Of a stretch of 32,000 bases of DNA, positions 8,093 to 16,741 are shown piece after piece. The notes beneath the pieces were generated by a model. It was not told where the DNA came from. It saw only the letters and a program-made list of their open reading frames with translations, and did not search any database. The stretch comes from Nitrosopumilus zosterae (GTDB lineage: Archaea; Thermoproteota; Nitrososphaeria; Nitrososphaerales; Nitrosopumilaceae): positions 704,038 to 736,037 of the forward strand of contig NZ_AP026695.1 of assembly GCF_025998175.1 (NCBI RefSeq), given 5' to 3'. Every line of letters starts with the position of its first letter. Position 1 is the stretch's first letter. Position numbers and translations under genes: made by a program.

Positions 8093-9859
8093 TTAAATCA
8101 AATTCTTATCATGTGCCACTTTTTTTTGCCCTCTGTACAGTGTGATGACTTCTTCATTAGTTGATGCGTCTTCTGCTGCTTTTTCTACTCTTATTTTTCC
8201 GGTAAATTTTGGAAATCTTAATGCAAGTCCTGCGCCTTTTCTAATTTTGTCTTCTGCTGCTTTGTGAATTGGACTAAGTGTAATTTCTGATGCCACTACT
8301 TCTACTACTAGCTCTGGTTCAAACCATACGTCTGCTTCCATCTCGCTAATGATGCGGGGATTTTTTTTGATTGTAACTTTTGGATGTAATATTTGATACA
8401 GCTGATCTAAGGATTCATCAGAAAATCCTGTTCCCACTTTACAAATACTTGGAAATGTATCATTGTCTTCATCATATGTTGCAAGCAACAACGTTCCATA
8501 ACTTCCCGTTCTTCTTCCTTTTCCAAAAAACCCGCCTATTACAACTAGATCCAAACTGTCTCCTAATTCGTTTTGATACTCTCGTTTTAACTTCAACCAG
8601 TAATTTCCTCTGGAACCTGCTTGGTATGGTTTATCCATCATCTTTAGCATCAATCCTTCGCTACCTGCATTGATGCCATTTTCCATAAAGTCTTCAATTT
8701 CGTTTTTGTTTTTGATTGTGGTCATTGGTATGTATTTTACAAATTCATCTTCTTTTACGACTTTTTCTAATTTCTCTCTTCTGTCTTTGTATGGTAATTC
8801 TAAACAGCTTTTGCCATTGCAATATAGAACATCAAATAAATTCACTGAAATTGGGTATTGTGTTACAGCTTTTTCTATCTTGTATTTTCTTCTCCTGTGC
8901 ATTAGCTCTTGAAACGGCAAAAATTCTCCGGTGTTTTCGTTCATTGCTACTGCTTCTGCTTCCAATATGATGTTGTCAGCTTGAACTGCTTTAGGAATTC
9001 TTTCTATGATGTCGGGATAATAACTTGATATGTTTTCTAAACTTCTTGAAAACAATACCACTTTTTCTCCTTCAATGTGAAGTTGTACTCTTTCTCCGTC
9101 TAGTTTGTATTCTGCGGCAAACTCAATTCCCATTTTCTCCATTGCTTCTTCTTCACTTTTTACTCTGTCTGCAAGCATGGGTCTAATTGGATTAAATAAA
9201 ATAATTTCAAATTTTTCTACTCCTTCAATTCCTTTTGTTGCAATTATTTCTGCAACCTTTCCCAAGTCGCTTGAAACATTGTATGCGTGCTCTAAACTTT
9301 TTCTATTTTCTTTACTTCCAGAAAACGCTATTGCCAATGCATCCATCACTGTGTTTTCCGCAATTCCTAATCGTAGCGTTCCTAACAAAATTTTCAAAAT
9401 GTAACTTGCTTCTAATGGGGTTGCATCATTTAGCAAACTTGAGATGTATTTCATTTTCATGTCTTGAGAACGAGAGCCTTCTAATTTTGCAATTTTGAAT
9501 AGCGTTTCATAGACTCTTTCTATTGTGATGTCTTCGACAAGAAATGTTGTTTGTGTTTTTTGTTCCAGTATTATGGATGCTGCTTGCCCCAAGTCTCCTC
9601 CTTTTCTATATTCGTCCTCGATTTTTTTGATTGGTATTCCTGAGGATTTTGAGATTGCCCTTATTGCAAGTTTTTCTGCAACGCCTAACTCAATGCCTTC
9701 AAAATCAGGTCTTAGTTTTCCTTGTAACAGATACACAATTTTTGAAATTATGTCGTGTGGTGTGTTCTCAAATAATTCCACTAAGAATTGTGTTAACTCT
9801 AATCTTTTTCTGGTTGATTCCATTTTGTAAAATGATTCAGCTAAAATAGAAAACTCCAC
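8093..9859 (-). CDS. lig: ATP-dependent DNA ligase
   Basis: Adenylation motif AEYKLDGERVQLH (KxDG), SEGLMLK, YWLKLK and DLVVIGGFFGKGRR motifs. A 588-aa length is typical of archaeal Lig. Confidence 0.95.
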   Translation of the reverse strand: MEFSILAESFYKMESTRKRLELTQFLVELFENTPHDIISKIVYLLQGKLRPDFEGIELGVAEKLAIRAISKSSGIPIKKIEDEYRKGGDLGQAASIILEQKTQTTFLVEDITIERVYETLFKIAKLEGSRSQDMKMKYISSLLNDATPLEASYILKILLGTLRLGIAENTVMDALAIAFSGSKENRKSLEHAYNVSSDLGKVAEIIATKGIEGVEKFEIILFNPIRPMLADRVKSEEEAMEKMGIEFAAEYKLDGERVQLHIEGEKVVLFSRSLENISSYYPDIIERIPKAVQADNIILEAEAVAMNENTGEFLPFQELMHRRRKYKIEKAVTQYPISVNLFDVLYCNGKSCLELPYKDRREKLEKVVKEDEFVKYIPMTTIKNKNEIEDFMENGINAGSEGLMLKMMDKPYQAGSRGNYWLKLKREYQNELGDSLDLVVIGGFFGKGRRTGSYGTLLLATYDEDNDTFPSICKVGTGFSDESLDQLYQILHPKVTIKKNPRIISEMEADVWFEPELVVEVVASEITLSPIHKAAEDKIRKGAGLALRFPKFTGKIRVEKAAEDASTNEEVITLYRGQKKVAHDKNLI

Positions 9860-9895
9860 TCTAACTCTCTACCAATCCTGAATAAAAGTTTGAAT

Positions 9896-10306
9896 CTAGA
9901 TGTATCTGAAAATTGTCGGCTTGTCTGATTTTGGAAGTTCAGAAACTAGTGCAAAATTGTATAACGGATACGCTTCTTTGTATTGTTTCATAAAACTCCA
10001 TGCAACATCGTGTGTTTTGAATTCTGTTCTAATTCCATCAATATGGCTTATCTTTCCAAACACATCAAATACTACAACAGAATATTGTTTTGGGCGATTG
10101 TGTGGCTTTGCTTTGAGCAACCATGCAAGGGCAAAAATAAAAACTGCCCCTAAAATCACATACTCTCCTGCTACTTTGAAAAATGCTAAAACTACTCCTG
10201 GTATGGTTTGTCCAAATAACACCGCCACAAAATTTGAAAATGATATCACTGCTAACGCTGTGAAAATATACGTTTTCCAATCAAAGAGCTTCTGAAAAGA
10301 ATTCAA
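9896..10306 (-). CDS. membrane protein, hypothetical (136 aa)
   Basis: Two predicted TM helices (IFTALAVISFSNFVAVLF and VILGAVFIFALAWLL) followed by a soluble tail. The antisense ORFs were rejected. Confidence 0.55.
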   Translation of the reverse strand: MNSFQKLFDWKTYIFTALAVISFSNFVAVLFGQTIPGVVLAFFKVAGEYVILGAVFIFALAWLLKAKPHNRPKQYSVVVFDVFGKISHIDGIRTEFKTHDVAWSFMKQYKEAYPLYNFALVSELPKSDKPTIFRYI

Positions 10307-10370
10307 AGATACAAAGAATACACTTCATTTTGATTTAACTATTTCCCATGATTTGCAAGATTTGAAATCC

Positions 10371-11507
10371 CTAATCTGGATCTTCGTAGTTCTCTTTTTT
10401 CTCGCCACTGGAGGATGCCTCTTCCATTGGTTTCATCTTTGCTTCAAGAACATCCATTCTTGCTCTGTATCCTTCAGCATATTCTAGTTCTGATGGGACA
10501 AGTGTCGCTGGGTGGATAAATCCTTGGCTTCTAATCGCAATTGCTTTCTTTGTTGCAATTTCTCTAATGTAATCCCAATCTGGAGTAGAGAATCCATCAA
10601 ATGGTCCCGTTAACTTTCCATTGTGCATGCTGAACACTAGTGCCTGTACAATTGGAATGCAAAAGTTGATTGTTGCAGCTGAATTTAGTTTTACAGGCAT
10701 TAATGGCATATTGTGACTTCCTCTTGTGTTTCCTGCAACATAATGTGGATTGTTAAACACACTTCCTACTTCTTCTGTTGCTGGAAAATTTTTTTGTGTT
10801 CTTACTAGACAAATTGGATCGTCTTTTCCAACATACGTTCCTGCAATGTTGTGTAATCTGTCAGTTGATGCATCTAAAATTGGTTCCCCATCTTTTGTGT
10901 ATACTGAATCTACAACATATCTGCCTGGATACATCAATGCAGCTTCAATTGTAGGCTTGTCTTGCCATAATTCAAGTTCTGCAATCTGTGCTTTTTCAAC
11001 ATCCATAATGTGCATCTTTACTCCTGCTGCAAGACTCTTGTTTACAATTAACCCTGTGTTACTTAGTGCATCTACAAACATTCTGTAAATTGGATAGTTG
11101 AATGCACCAGGTTCTGTTTTGTCTGCCGCAAACACAGTAAATGCTTCGTTTGGTCTTTCTTCGAATTCCATCTCTGCAACTCCAGGACCCATACCTTTTA
11201 CATTGCCTGAAAAAGAATCTTTAAGCAAATCTTGTCCTGCGCCATACAGTCCCTCTTCTTTTGCAACTTGAGTTCCCGCCATGAATGCATCCCATGCTAA
11301 TTTGTGAATTTTTTCATTATCCACACCATGAGTATGTGTCATGACAATGTGGGTATCATCTCCACAATAACCAATATAGTGATCAATTAGTAAATCCCCT
11401 GAATTCTTGACTGTGTTTCTAATTGCTTCAATTAGTCCATCACTGGGTTTTGTGTGGCCGCCTACTCCACCTACGTCTGCTTTGATAACGGAAACTGTAA
11501 TTTTCAT
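10371..11507 (-). CDS. fbp: bifunctional fructose-1,6-bisphosphate aldolase/phosphatase (class V FBPase)
   Basis: The N-terminus MKITVSVIKADVGGVGGHTKP and the overall 378-aa sequence are characteristic of the archaeal FBP aldolase/phosphatase. Confidence 0.95.
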   Translation of the reverse strand: MKITVSVIKADVGGVGGHTKPSDGLIEAIRNTVKNSGDLLIDHYIGYCGDDTHIVMTHTHGVDNEKIHKLAWDAFMAGTQVAKEEGLYGAGQDLLKDSFSGNVKGMGPGVAEMEFEERPNEAFTVFAADKTEPGAFNYPIYRMFVDALSNTGLIVNKSLAAGVKMHIMDVEKAQIAELELWQDKPTIEAALMYPGRYVVDSVYTKDGEPILDASTDRLHNIAGTYVGKDDPICLVRTQKNFPATEEVGSVFNNPHYVAGNTRGSHNMPLMPVKLNSAATINFCIPIVQALVFSMHNGKLTGPFDGFSTPDWDYIREIATKKAIAIRSQGFIHPATLVPSELEYAEGYRARMDVLEAKMKPMEEASSSGEKKENYEDPD

Positions 11508-11613
11508 ATTTTTTTATTTTTAATCCTTTGATTTATGTGCTTTTGACAAAGTTTCGTGATCTGAAATTAATTGAATTTTTTTAAATTTTTGTTCAAAAAT
11601 TCATAACAGTAAT

Positions 11614-11635
11614 AAATGCCCTCAGTTAGGCATTT
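11614..11635 (+). other. perfect 7-bp hairpin immediately upstream of the EF-1alpha start codon
   Basis: aaatgcc (11614-11620) and ggcattt (11629-11635) are exact reverse complements with an 8-nt loop. The ATG is at 11639. Confidence 0.3.
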
Positions 11636-11638
11636 CAT

Positions 11639-12937
11639 ATGGCAGATAAACCACACTTGAACCTGATTGTTACAGGACATATTGATAATGGAAAATCAAC
11701 TACTATGGGTCATTTTTTGATGGATCTTGGGGTTGTAGATGAAAGAACTATTGCAGCTCACGGTGCAGAATCAGAAAAGACCGGAAAAGGTGATACTTTC
11801 AAGTATGCTTGGGTTATGGATAACATTAAAGATGAAAGAGAGAGAGGTATTACAATCGATCTAGCTTTCCAAAAATTTGAGTCACCAAAGTACTTCTTTA
11901 CTTTGATTGACGCTCCTGGTCACAGGGACTTTATTAAAAACATGATTACTGGTGCTTCTGAAGCAGATGCAGCCATTTTAGTACTTTCAGCAAAAGAAGG
12001 CGAAACTGATACTGCAATTGCAGCTGGTGGACAAGCAAGAGAACACGCATTCTTGCTTAAGACACTTGGTGTAAGCCAACTAATTGTTGCAATCAACAAA
12101 ATGGATGCAGTAGAATACAAAGAAGACGCTTTTAATGCAGCCAAAGAGAAAGGTGAAAAATTAGTAAGATCTGTAGGTTACAAACTAGAGAACGTACCAT
12201 TCATTCCAGTTTCTGGATGGAAAGGTGACAATCTCGTTAAAAGATCCGAGAACATGGCTTGGTATAAAGGTAAAACTTTGCTTGAAGCATTTGATGACTT
12301 TACTATTGCTGAAAAGCCAGTAGGTAAACCATTACGTGTTCCAATACAGGACGTTTACACCATTACCGGTGTAGGTACAGTCCCAGTAGGTAGAGTTGAA
12401 ACCGGTATTATGAAAGCAGGACAAAAAATTATTGTCATGCCATCTGGTGCTCAAGGTGAAATCAAATCTATTGAGACTCACCACACAGAAATGCCATCTG
12501 CAGAAGCAGGTGACAACATTGGTTTCAACCTTAGAGGTATTGAAAAGAAAGATATCAAGAGAGGCGATGTACTTGGAACTCCTGATGCACCACCAATGGT
12601 TGCAAAAGAATTCAAGGCACAAATTATCGTTATTCACCACCCAACAGCAATTGCTCCTGGTTATACGCCAGTAATGCATGCACACACAGCACAAGTAGCA
12701 GCAACAGTTACTGAGTTCCTCCAAAAGATCAACCCAGCATCTGGCGCAGTTGAAGAAGAAAATCCAAAATTCCTCAAAGTTGGTGACTCTGCAATTGTTA
12801 AAATCAGACCGGTGAGACCAACTTGTATTGAAACATTCCAAGAATTCCCTGAAATGGGTAGATTCGCACTTAGAGACATGGGTGCAACTATCGCAGCAGG
12901 AATTGTAAAGGAAATTACCGAAGAGTACAAACCATAG
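11639..12937 (+). CDS. tuf: translation elongation factor EF-1 alpha
   Basis: GHIDNGKST, DAPGHRDF and NKMD GTPase motifs; full-length aEF-1alpha. Confidence 0.97.
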   Translation: MADKPHLNLIVTGHIDNGKSTTMGHFLMDLGVVDERTIAAHGAESEKTGKGDTFKYAWVMDNIKDERERGITIDLAFQKFESPKYFFTLIDAPGHRDFIKNMITGASEADAAILVLSAKEGETDTAIAAGGQAREHAFLLKTLGVSQLIVAINKMDAVEYKEDAFNAAKEKGEKLVRSVGYKLENVPFIPVSGWKGDNLVKRSENMAWYKGKTLLEAFDDFTIAEKPVGKPLRVPIQDVYTITGVGTVPVGRVETGIMKAGQKIIVMPSGAQGEIKSIETHHTEMPSAEAGDNIGFNLRGIEKKDIKRGDVLGTPDAPPMVAKEFKAQIIVIHHPTAIAPGYTPVMHAHTAQVAATVTEFLQKINPASGAVEEENPKFLKVGDSAIVKIRPVRPTCIETFQEFPEMGRFALRDMGATIAAGIVKEITEEYKP

Positions 12938-12948
12938 GCGGATCTTTT

Positions 12949-13257
12949 ATGACTCAAACCGCCCGTGTTAAACTCACTTCAACCAGTCTGCCAAAATTAG
13001 ATGGCGTCTGCGGTGAAATCATGGGTATTGGTAAAAAGACAGGCGTTAAGGTAAAAGGTCCAACACCACTTCCTGTAAAAAGATTGCATGTGGCAACTAG
13101 AAAATCTCCTTGCGGTAGCGGAACAGAAACTTATGAAAAATGGGAGATGAAAATGCATCGAAGAATTATCAATATCAACGCTGATGATAAAGCTATCCGA
13201 CAACTAATGAGGCTAAAGATCCCTGACGATGTTTACATTGAATTGTCCTTGACATAA
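12949..13257 (+). CDS. rps10: 30S ribosomal protein S10
   Basis: ARVKLTSTS...GPTPLPVKRLHVATRKSPCG...YEKWEMKMHRRIINI is the canonical S10 sequence. The tuf-rps10 arrangement is conserved. Confidence 0.95.
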   Translation: MTQTARVKLTSTSLPKLDGVCGEIMGIGKKTGVKVKGPTPLPVKRLHVATRKSPCGSGTETYEKWEMKMHRRIININADDKAIRQLMRLKIPDDVYIELSLT

Positions 13258-13286
13258 TCTGGTAGCCTTAAATTATAGAAATTTTG

Positions 13287-13493
13287 ATGATAAACATGGT
13301 TGAAAATTTTGATGATGATGAAATTGAGGAAACTCCTGTTGAAACATTTGATGTAAACTATTCTTGTCTGCGATGCGGAACCATAGTTTCAAACACTGAA
13401 CTATCAAGATTGCCTGAAATCAAATGTATCTGTGGATTTCGAGTATTTACCAAAGTAAGACCACCAGTAGTTAAAACAGTTAAAGCAATTTAA
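13287..13493 (+). CDS. rpoP: DNA-directed RNA polymerase subunit P (Rpo12/RpoP) with acidic N-terminal extension
   Basis: Zinc ribbon YSCLRCGTIV...IKCICGFRVFTKVRPP matches the RpoP/RPABC4 pattern. TTG at 13284 or ATG at 13296 are alternative starts. Confidence 0.75.
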   Translation: MINMVENFDDDEIEETPVETFDVNYSCLRCGTIVSNTELSRLPEIKCICGFRVFTKVRPPVVKTVKAI

Positions 13494-13494
13494 T

Positions 13495-13692
13495 TTATCT
13501 GTCTTTTTTGTAGCTGTGCTCTCTTTGTAAATGGGTTCTCATATCTTCCATGTTTGAGAAAAATTTGTTACACTCTTTACAATCATACTGCAAATCTTTG
13601 CCGTGAACAATCTGTTTGTGGTTCATTAACTCTTCTTCTTTTGAGAATTTTTTATCGCACAAATCACATTTTGTTTTTTTAAAAAATCCCAC
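13495..13692 (-). CDS. small protein with two tandem classical C2H2 zinc fingers (65 aa)
   Basis: CDLCDKKFSKEEELMNHKQIVH and CKECNKFFSNMEDMRTHLQREH both fit C-x2-C-x3-F-x5-[LM]-x2-H-x4-H. The 7-residue linker has a conserved Tyr. GTG start, 2 nt after the upstream stop. Confidence 0.8.
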   Translation of the reverse strand: MGFFKKTKCDLCDKKFSKEEELMNHKQIVHGKDLQYDCKECNKFFSNMEDMRTHLQREHSYKKDR

Positions 13693-13694
13693 GT

Positions 13695-14105
13695 TTATCC
13701 CAACTCTGATTTCTTTTCATCCCAACATCTTCTGCATAACTGTCCTTCAATCTTCCAATGTCCCTTTGGATTGTATCTGATTAAACCCATCTTTCCGCCA
13801 CATAATGAGCAAAAGTTTTTCTTTTTACCGTGACTTTCCTCTTTGTTGTCAAAACATTTCTTGCATAACAAACCCTCCATGTCCCATTGCCATCTTGGTT
13901 CCCACAAGTCTGTAATTTTCTGCGTCTCTCCGCATTCTACACATGGTTGTCTGACCTTGCCTTCATAGTATTCCTTTGATTTTTCAAAATGACAATCACC
14001 GCACAGCACCCCTTTGATGTTCCACTCTCTTTTCGGTTTGTGTTTGTGTGACAACTCTTTGTTGCAAATTGCACAGTATGATGGTTTTTTACTAAAAAAT
14101 CCCAT
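13695..14105 (-). CDS. triple zinc-ribbon repeat protein (137 aa)
   Basis: Three copies of C-x2-C...W-x-[IM]-[KE]-G-x-L-C-x2-C (YCAICNKE..WNIKGVLCGDC, PCVECGET..WDMEGLLCKKC, FCSLCGGK..WKIEGQLCRRC). Start taken at the internal ATG 14105 (MGFFSKKPS). The track extension to 14231 is low-complexity and overlaps a better small ORF in another frame. Confidence 0.8.
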   Translation of the reverse strand: MGFFSKKPSYCAICNKELSHKHKPKREWNIKGVLCGDCHFEKSKEYYEGKVRQPCVECGETQKITDLWEPRWQWDMEGLLCKKCFDNKEESHGKKKNFCSLCGGKMGLIRYNPKGHWKIEGQLCRRCWDEKKSELG

Positions 14106-14130
14106 TTTGATCCTTCTGATATGACTTAAT

Positions 14131-14139
14131 CTATAAATG
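14131..14139 (-). promoter_or_regulatory. TATA-like box for the triple zinc-ribbon gene
   Basis: The minus strand reads catttatag about 26-34 nt upstream of ATG 14105. That spacing fits an archaeal leaderless or short-leader promoter. Confidence 0.35.
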
Positions 14140-14169
14140 TAAACAAAATAAAAATAACAAAAAAATTGT

Positions 14170-14292
14170 TTATTGGCTAAGGATTTTCTCAAGAGCTTGA
14201 CTTGCATTAAGCATGCCGTTTCTCTTGGCAAATTCTTCGATCATTTTGTACTGTTTTTCTGTAAAACATACTGGCATTGAACGTCTTTCCAT
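14170..14292 (-). CDS. small ribbon-helix-helix (CopG-like) protein, 40 aa; below the ORF-track size cut-off
   Basis: My translation is MERRSMPVCFTEKQYKMIEEFAKRNGMLNASQALEKILSQ. It has a beta-strand then helix-turn-helix layout typical of RHH. An A/T-rich TATA-like stretch lies about 28 nt upstream. Confidence 0.5.
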   Translation of the reverse strand: MERRSMPVCFTEKQYKMIEEFAKRNGMLNASQALEKILSQ

Positions 14293-14367
14293 AAAGTGAT
14301 GTTGAATTTTTTACTAATATCTTTTTCTCTCGGAAAGGTATTTCAAACCATTTTTTCTATTCTGGCT

Positions 14368-14877
14368 GTGGTCAAGAAAAGGCAGATCTTAGTAATAGGA
14401 CACAATACAAGTGGGTGCACTCCGGAACATGAAAAAATTGCATATGATGTGGGAATGGAGGTTGCAAAATCCGGCTCTGTGTTGATTTGTGGAGGATTAG
14501 GCGGGGTGATGACTGCGGCAGCTCATGGCGCTAAGGATGGCAATGGTTTAACAGTTGGCATCATTCCTCAAAATGATCCTGCCATGGCCAATGAATTCTG
14601 TGATGTGGTCATTCCAACTGGAATGGGGCTTGCTCGTGATTTCCTAAATGCACTGTCTGCTGATGGCGTAATAATTATTGGAGGGGGTTCTGGAACTCTG
14701 TCTGAAACTACTGCTGCATATATGTACAAAAAACCAATGGTTGCAATTAGAAATTTGGGCGGTTCAGTTGAGAAGTTCATTGATGGTTTTATTGATCAAA
14801 GAGAGAATGTCAAGATAGTTGGCGTTGATACCCCCAAGGAAGCAGTAGAGAAAATTCTGGAGCTAATTGCTGCATAG
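14368..14877 (+). CDS. TIGR00725 / LOG-like (Rossmann, 'lysine decarboxylase-like') family protein
   Basis: ILVIGHNTSG...GSVLICGGLGGVMTAAAHGAKDGNGLTVGIIP...IIIGGGSGTLSE is the LOG/TIGR00725 pattern. I prefer GTG 14368 as the start. The track start at 14296 adds a hydrophobic 24-aa extension that would overlap the divergent RHH promoter. Confidence 0.8.
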   Translation: MVKKRQILVIGHNTSGCTPEHEKIAYDVGMEVAKSGSVLICGGLGGVMTAAAHGAKDGNGLTVGIIPQNDPAMANEFCDVVIPTGMGLARDFLNALSADGVIIIGGGSGTLSETTAAYMYKKPMVAIRNLGGSVEKFIDGFIDQRENVKIVGVDTPKEAVEKILELIAA

Positions 14878-14915
14878 GCATACAAAATTTGCTTGGAATG
14901 GAATCTGTTTCTAAT

Positions 14916-15785
14916 TTAGAAATTAGGAAGTTTAGGTTTTACTTTAACAGAAGACAATAACTCGCAAATCATTCGTGATGCTAAATGCGATGTGTTGTCT
15001 TGAATATCAAATTTAGGACAAACTTCCATCATGTCCATTCCCAATATCCCATCCTGTGTGATACTTTTTAGAAGAATTGATGCAGTGATTGGATTTAATC
15101 CCATAGGTACGGGAACTGAAACACCTGGTGCAAAGGCAGGATCTATACAATCCATGTCAAAAGACACGTAGATGTTTTTTCCTATCTTTGAGAGAATATC
15201 CTCGATTACCTGTTTGAAACCATAGTATTGAATATCGGCAGGTGAAAATACCGTGATTCCATATTTTTGTATGTTTTCGATCTCTTCTAATTCAGGACTA
15301 CGGATACCAATCATCACACTTGACTTGGGATCAATATACGGAAGACAGTCATACACAACTGAACCGTAAAAATTTCTGGTGGATGAAAGAAAATCTGGAT
15401 GTGCATCAAAGTAGACAAGAGAAATAGGTCCGCGTTTATTTCCCAATCCCTGTATGATGGATGCCGTAAGAGAGTGGTCTCCTCCAATAGTTATTGGCAC
15501 TTTTCCATCATAAGTTATTCTTTCATAGACTAGCGGGATATTTTCTCTAGATATATTTCCCAAGTCAAAGATTTTTGATTGAGCTTTTCCAGAATTTGTA
15601 TATGCCAAAGATTCCTTGTTGTTTTCTACGTATACGTCCCTTGTTCTTGAGATTTTCCTTATTCTGTCAGGCGCTTCTGAAGTCCCTTTTCGTAATGAAT
15701 GTGAATGAGATTCGTCGGAAATTCCAATAATCACATACTCTGACTCTTTGTAAGAATTGCAATTTGACCAGCATAATGTCTCCAT
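14916..15785 (-). CDS. speB: agmatinase / ureohydrolase (arginase family)
   Basis: Mn-binding motifs GGDHSLT, FDAHPDF and SFDMDCIDPAFAPG are intact. ATG at 15785 (METLCW...) is preferred over TTG at 15818. Substrate (agmatine versus another guanidino compound) is not decidable from the sequence. Confidence 0.85.
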   Translation of the reverse strand: METLCWSNCNSYKESEYVIIGISDESHSHSLRKGTSEAPDRIRKISRTRDVYVENNKESLAYTNSGKAQSKIFDLGNISRENIPLVYERITYDGKVPITIGGDHSLTASIIQGLGNKRGPISLVYFDAHPDFLSSTRNFYGSVVYDCLPYIDPKSSVMIGIRSPELEEIENIQKYGITVFSPADIQYYGFKQVIEDILSKIGKNIYVSFDMDCIDPAFAPGVSVPVPMGLNPITASILLKSITQDGILGMDMMEVCPKFDIQDNTSHLASRMICELLSSVKVKPKLPNF

Positions 15786-16686
15786 TATTTTTTCACCAAA
15801 ATCCTGGTGTCTTGCCAAGTGTTATGATTTAGACGCAACTGTATCACGAAATACTCAGTGTTAATTCGTGTAATTAAGGAATAAAGTAGTTGATTTCATT
15901 TAGCCCAAAGTCAATTGCAGATGATCATTCGTTTGAGAATCCAATGTATGGATTCACGATAACTCGACTAATTGCCTAGGGGGCAGATCCGCCTTTGTGC
16001 AATTTTTAGATTCATAAGAAATTACAATAACAATTTTTAACGAACATTTGGATTTCATGCTGATTTCACTATACATGTAGGAATCATTTTGAGAACATAA
16101 ATAAAAAAGAAAAAAGATTACACTAGAAATAAATTATTTAGTTTTATCTTTTTCAGATTTCTTTGCTTCTTTTTTTGCTTTGTTTGAGGTTTTACTCATG
16201 ACGTGCCATCTGGAAACAAGTAAATGAAGTAAAGCATAATTGACTTTATTCAGAACTAGGACAACCAAATTAATCTTGAATTTACAAATTCTTGTTTGCA
16301 GTTGGTTGCAGGTAATACAGATTGTGATAGTAAAACTTTGAGAACAAATCATTCATCTTGTTTAAATTCAAGAATTCCAACCCACATCTACTATGAGTTA
16401 TCAATATGATGACGACAATGATGACGTAGATTACGACTCTGACTATGATGAGGATTAACCGTCCTCTCATTTTCTTTTTTTAGGATCTTAACTTTCTTGT
16501 AGTTTGGTTTTCTGATTCTCTATTCATGAGTGTGATCCTTGTTTTGCTAAAAGAGATATTCCTAGGTTTGGAGTCTTTACGGTTTCCCTAAAATCTTGGG
16601 TAACTTGCCCTGATGGTTATAGCATCTATCCTAGCAATTTACTAGATTATGGCACATTGCCTATAATTTGAGGAATAAATGTAAAA

Positions 16687-16741
16687 ATCTCCATTTATTT
16701 TTCAAAAGCCAGGCATGAATTAAATGGAGATAAATGGAGAT
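16687..16741. repeat. three copies of the 11-mer TAAATGGAGAT (one inverted, two tandem direct)
   Basis: atctccattta at 16687-16697 is the exact reverse complement of taaatggagat, which occurs at 16721-16731 and again at 16731-16741. Confidence 0.8.

Noticed and set aside
8380-9849. Seven plus-strand ORFs (72-101 aa) inside the DNA ligase gene
   Set aside because: They are antisense to a full-length, motif-complete ligase. The translations are Phe/Leu/Ile/Ser-rich low-complexity sequence typical of antisense frames in AT-rich DNA.
10750-12957. Antisense or alternative-frame ORFs within fbp and tuf (10750..11088, 11920..12144, 12332..12841, 12432..12674, 12661..12957)
   Set aside because: They overlap highly conserved housekeeping genes. 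They contain no recognisable motifs, and the Cys/Trp-rich or hydrophobic compositions are artefactual.
14106-14231. N-terminal 42-aa extension of the track ORF 13695..14231
   Set aside because: The extension (MPRETACLMQVKLLRKSLANKQFFCYFYFVYIYRLSHIRRIK) is low-complexity and contains the likely TATA box. It overlaps a much more protein-like RHH ORF in another frame. The internal ATG at 14105 gives a clean repeat protein.
15976-15993. Locally GC-rich string ctagggggcagatccgcc, considered as a tRNA fragment or att site
   Set aside because: No acceptor, T-arm or anticodon-arm pairing can be built on either strand, and I found no matching repeat elsewhere in the window.
16411-16470. C/D-box sRNA-like strings (atgatga ... 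ctga ... tgatga)
   Set aside because: The strings arise from repeated Asp codons (gat/gac). The guide spacings are wrong (14 nt rather than about 12). No terminal D box (ctga) follows the second C-like box, and there is no terminal stem.
16721-16740. 10-nt tandem duplication, considered as a possible CRISPR or minisatellite
   Set aside because: There are only two tandem units with no spacers and no cas genes. I report it instead as part of an 11-mer motif array.
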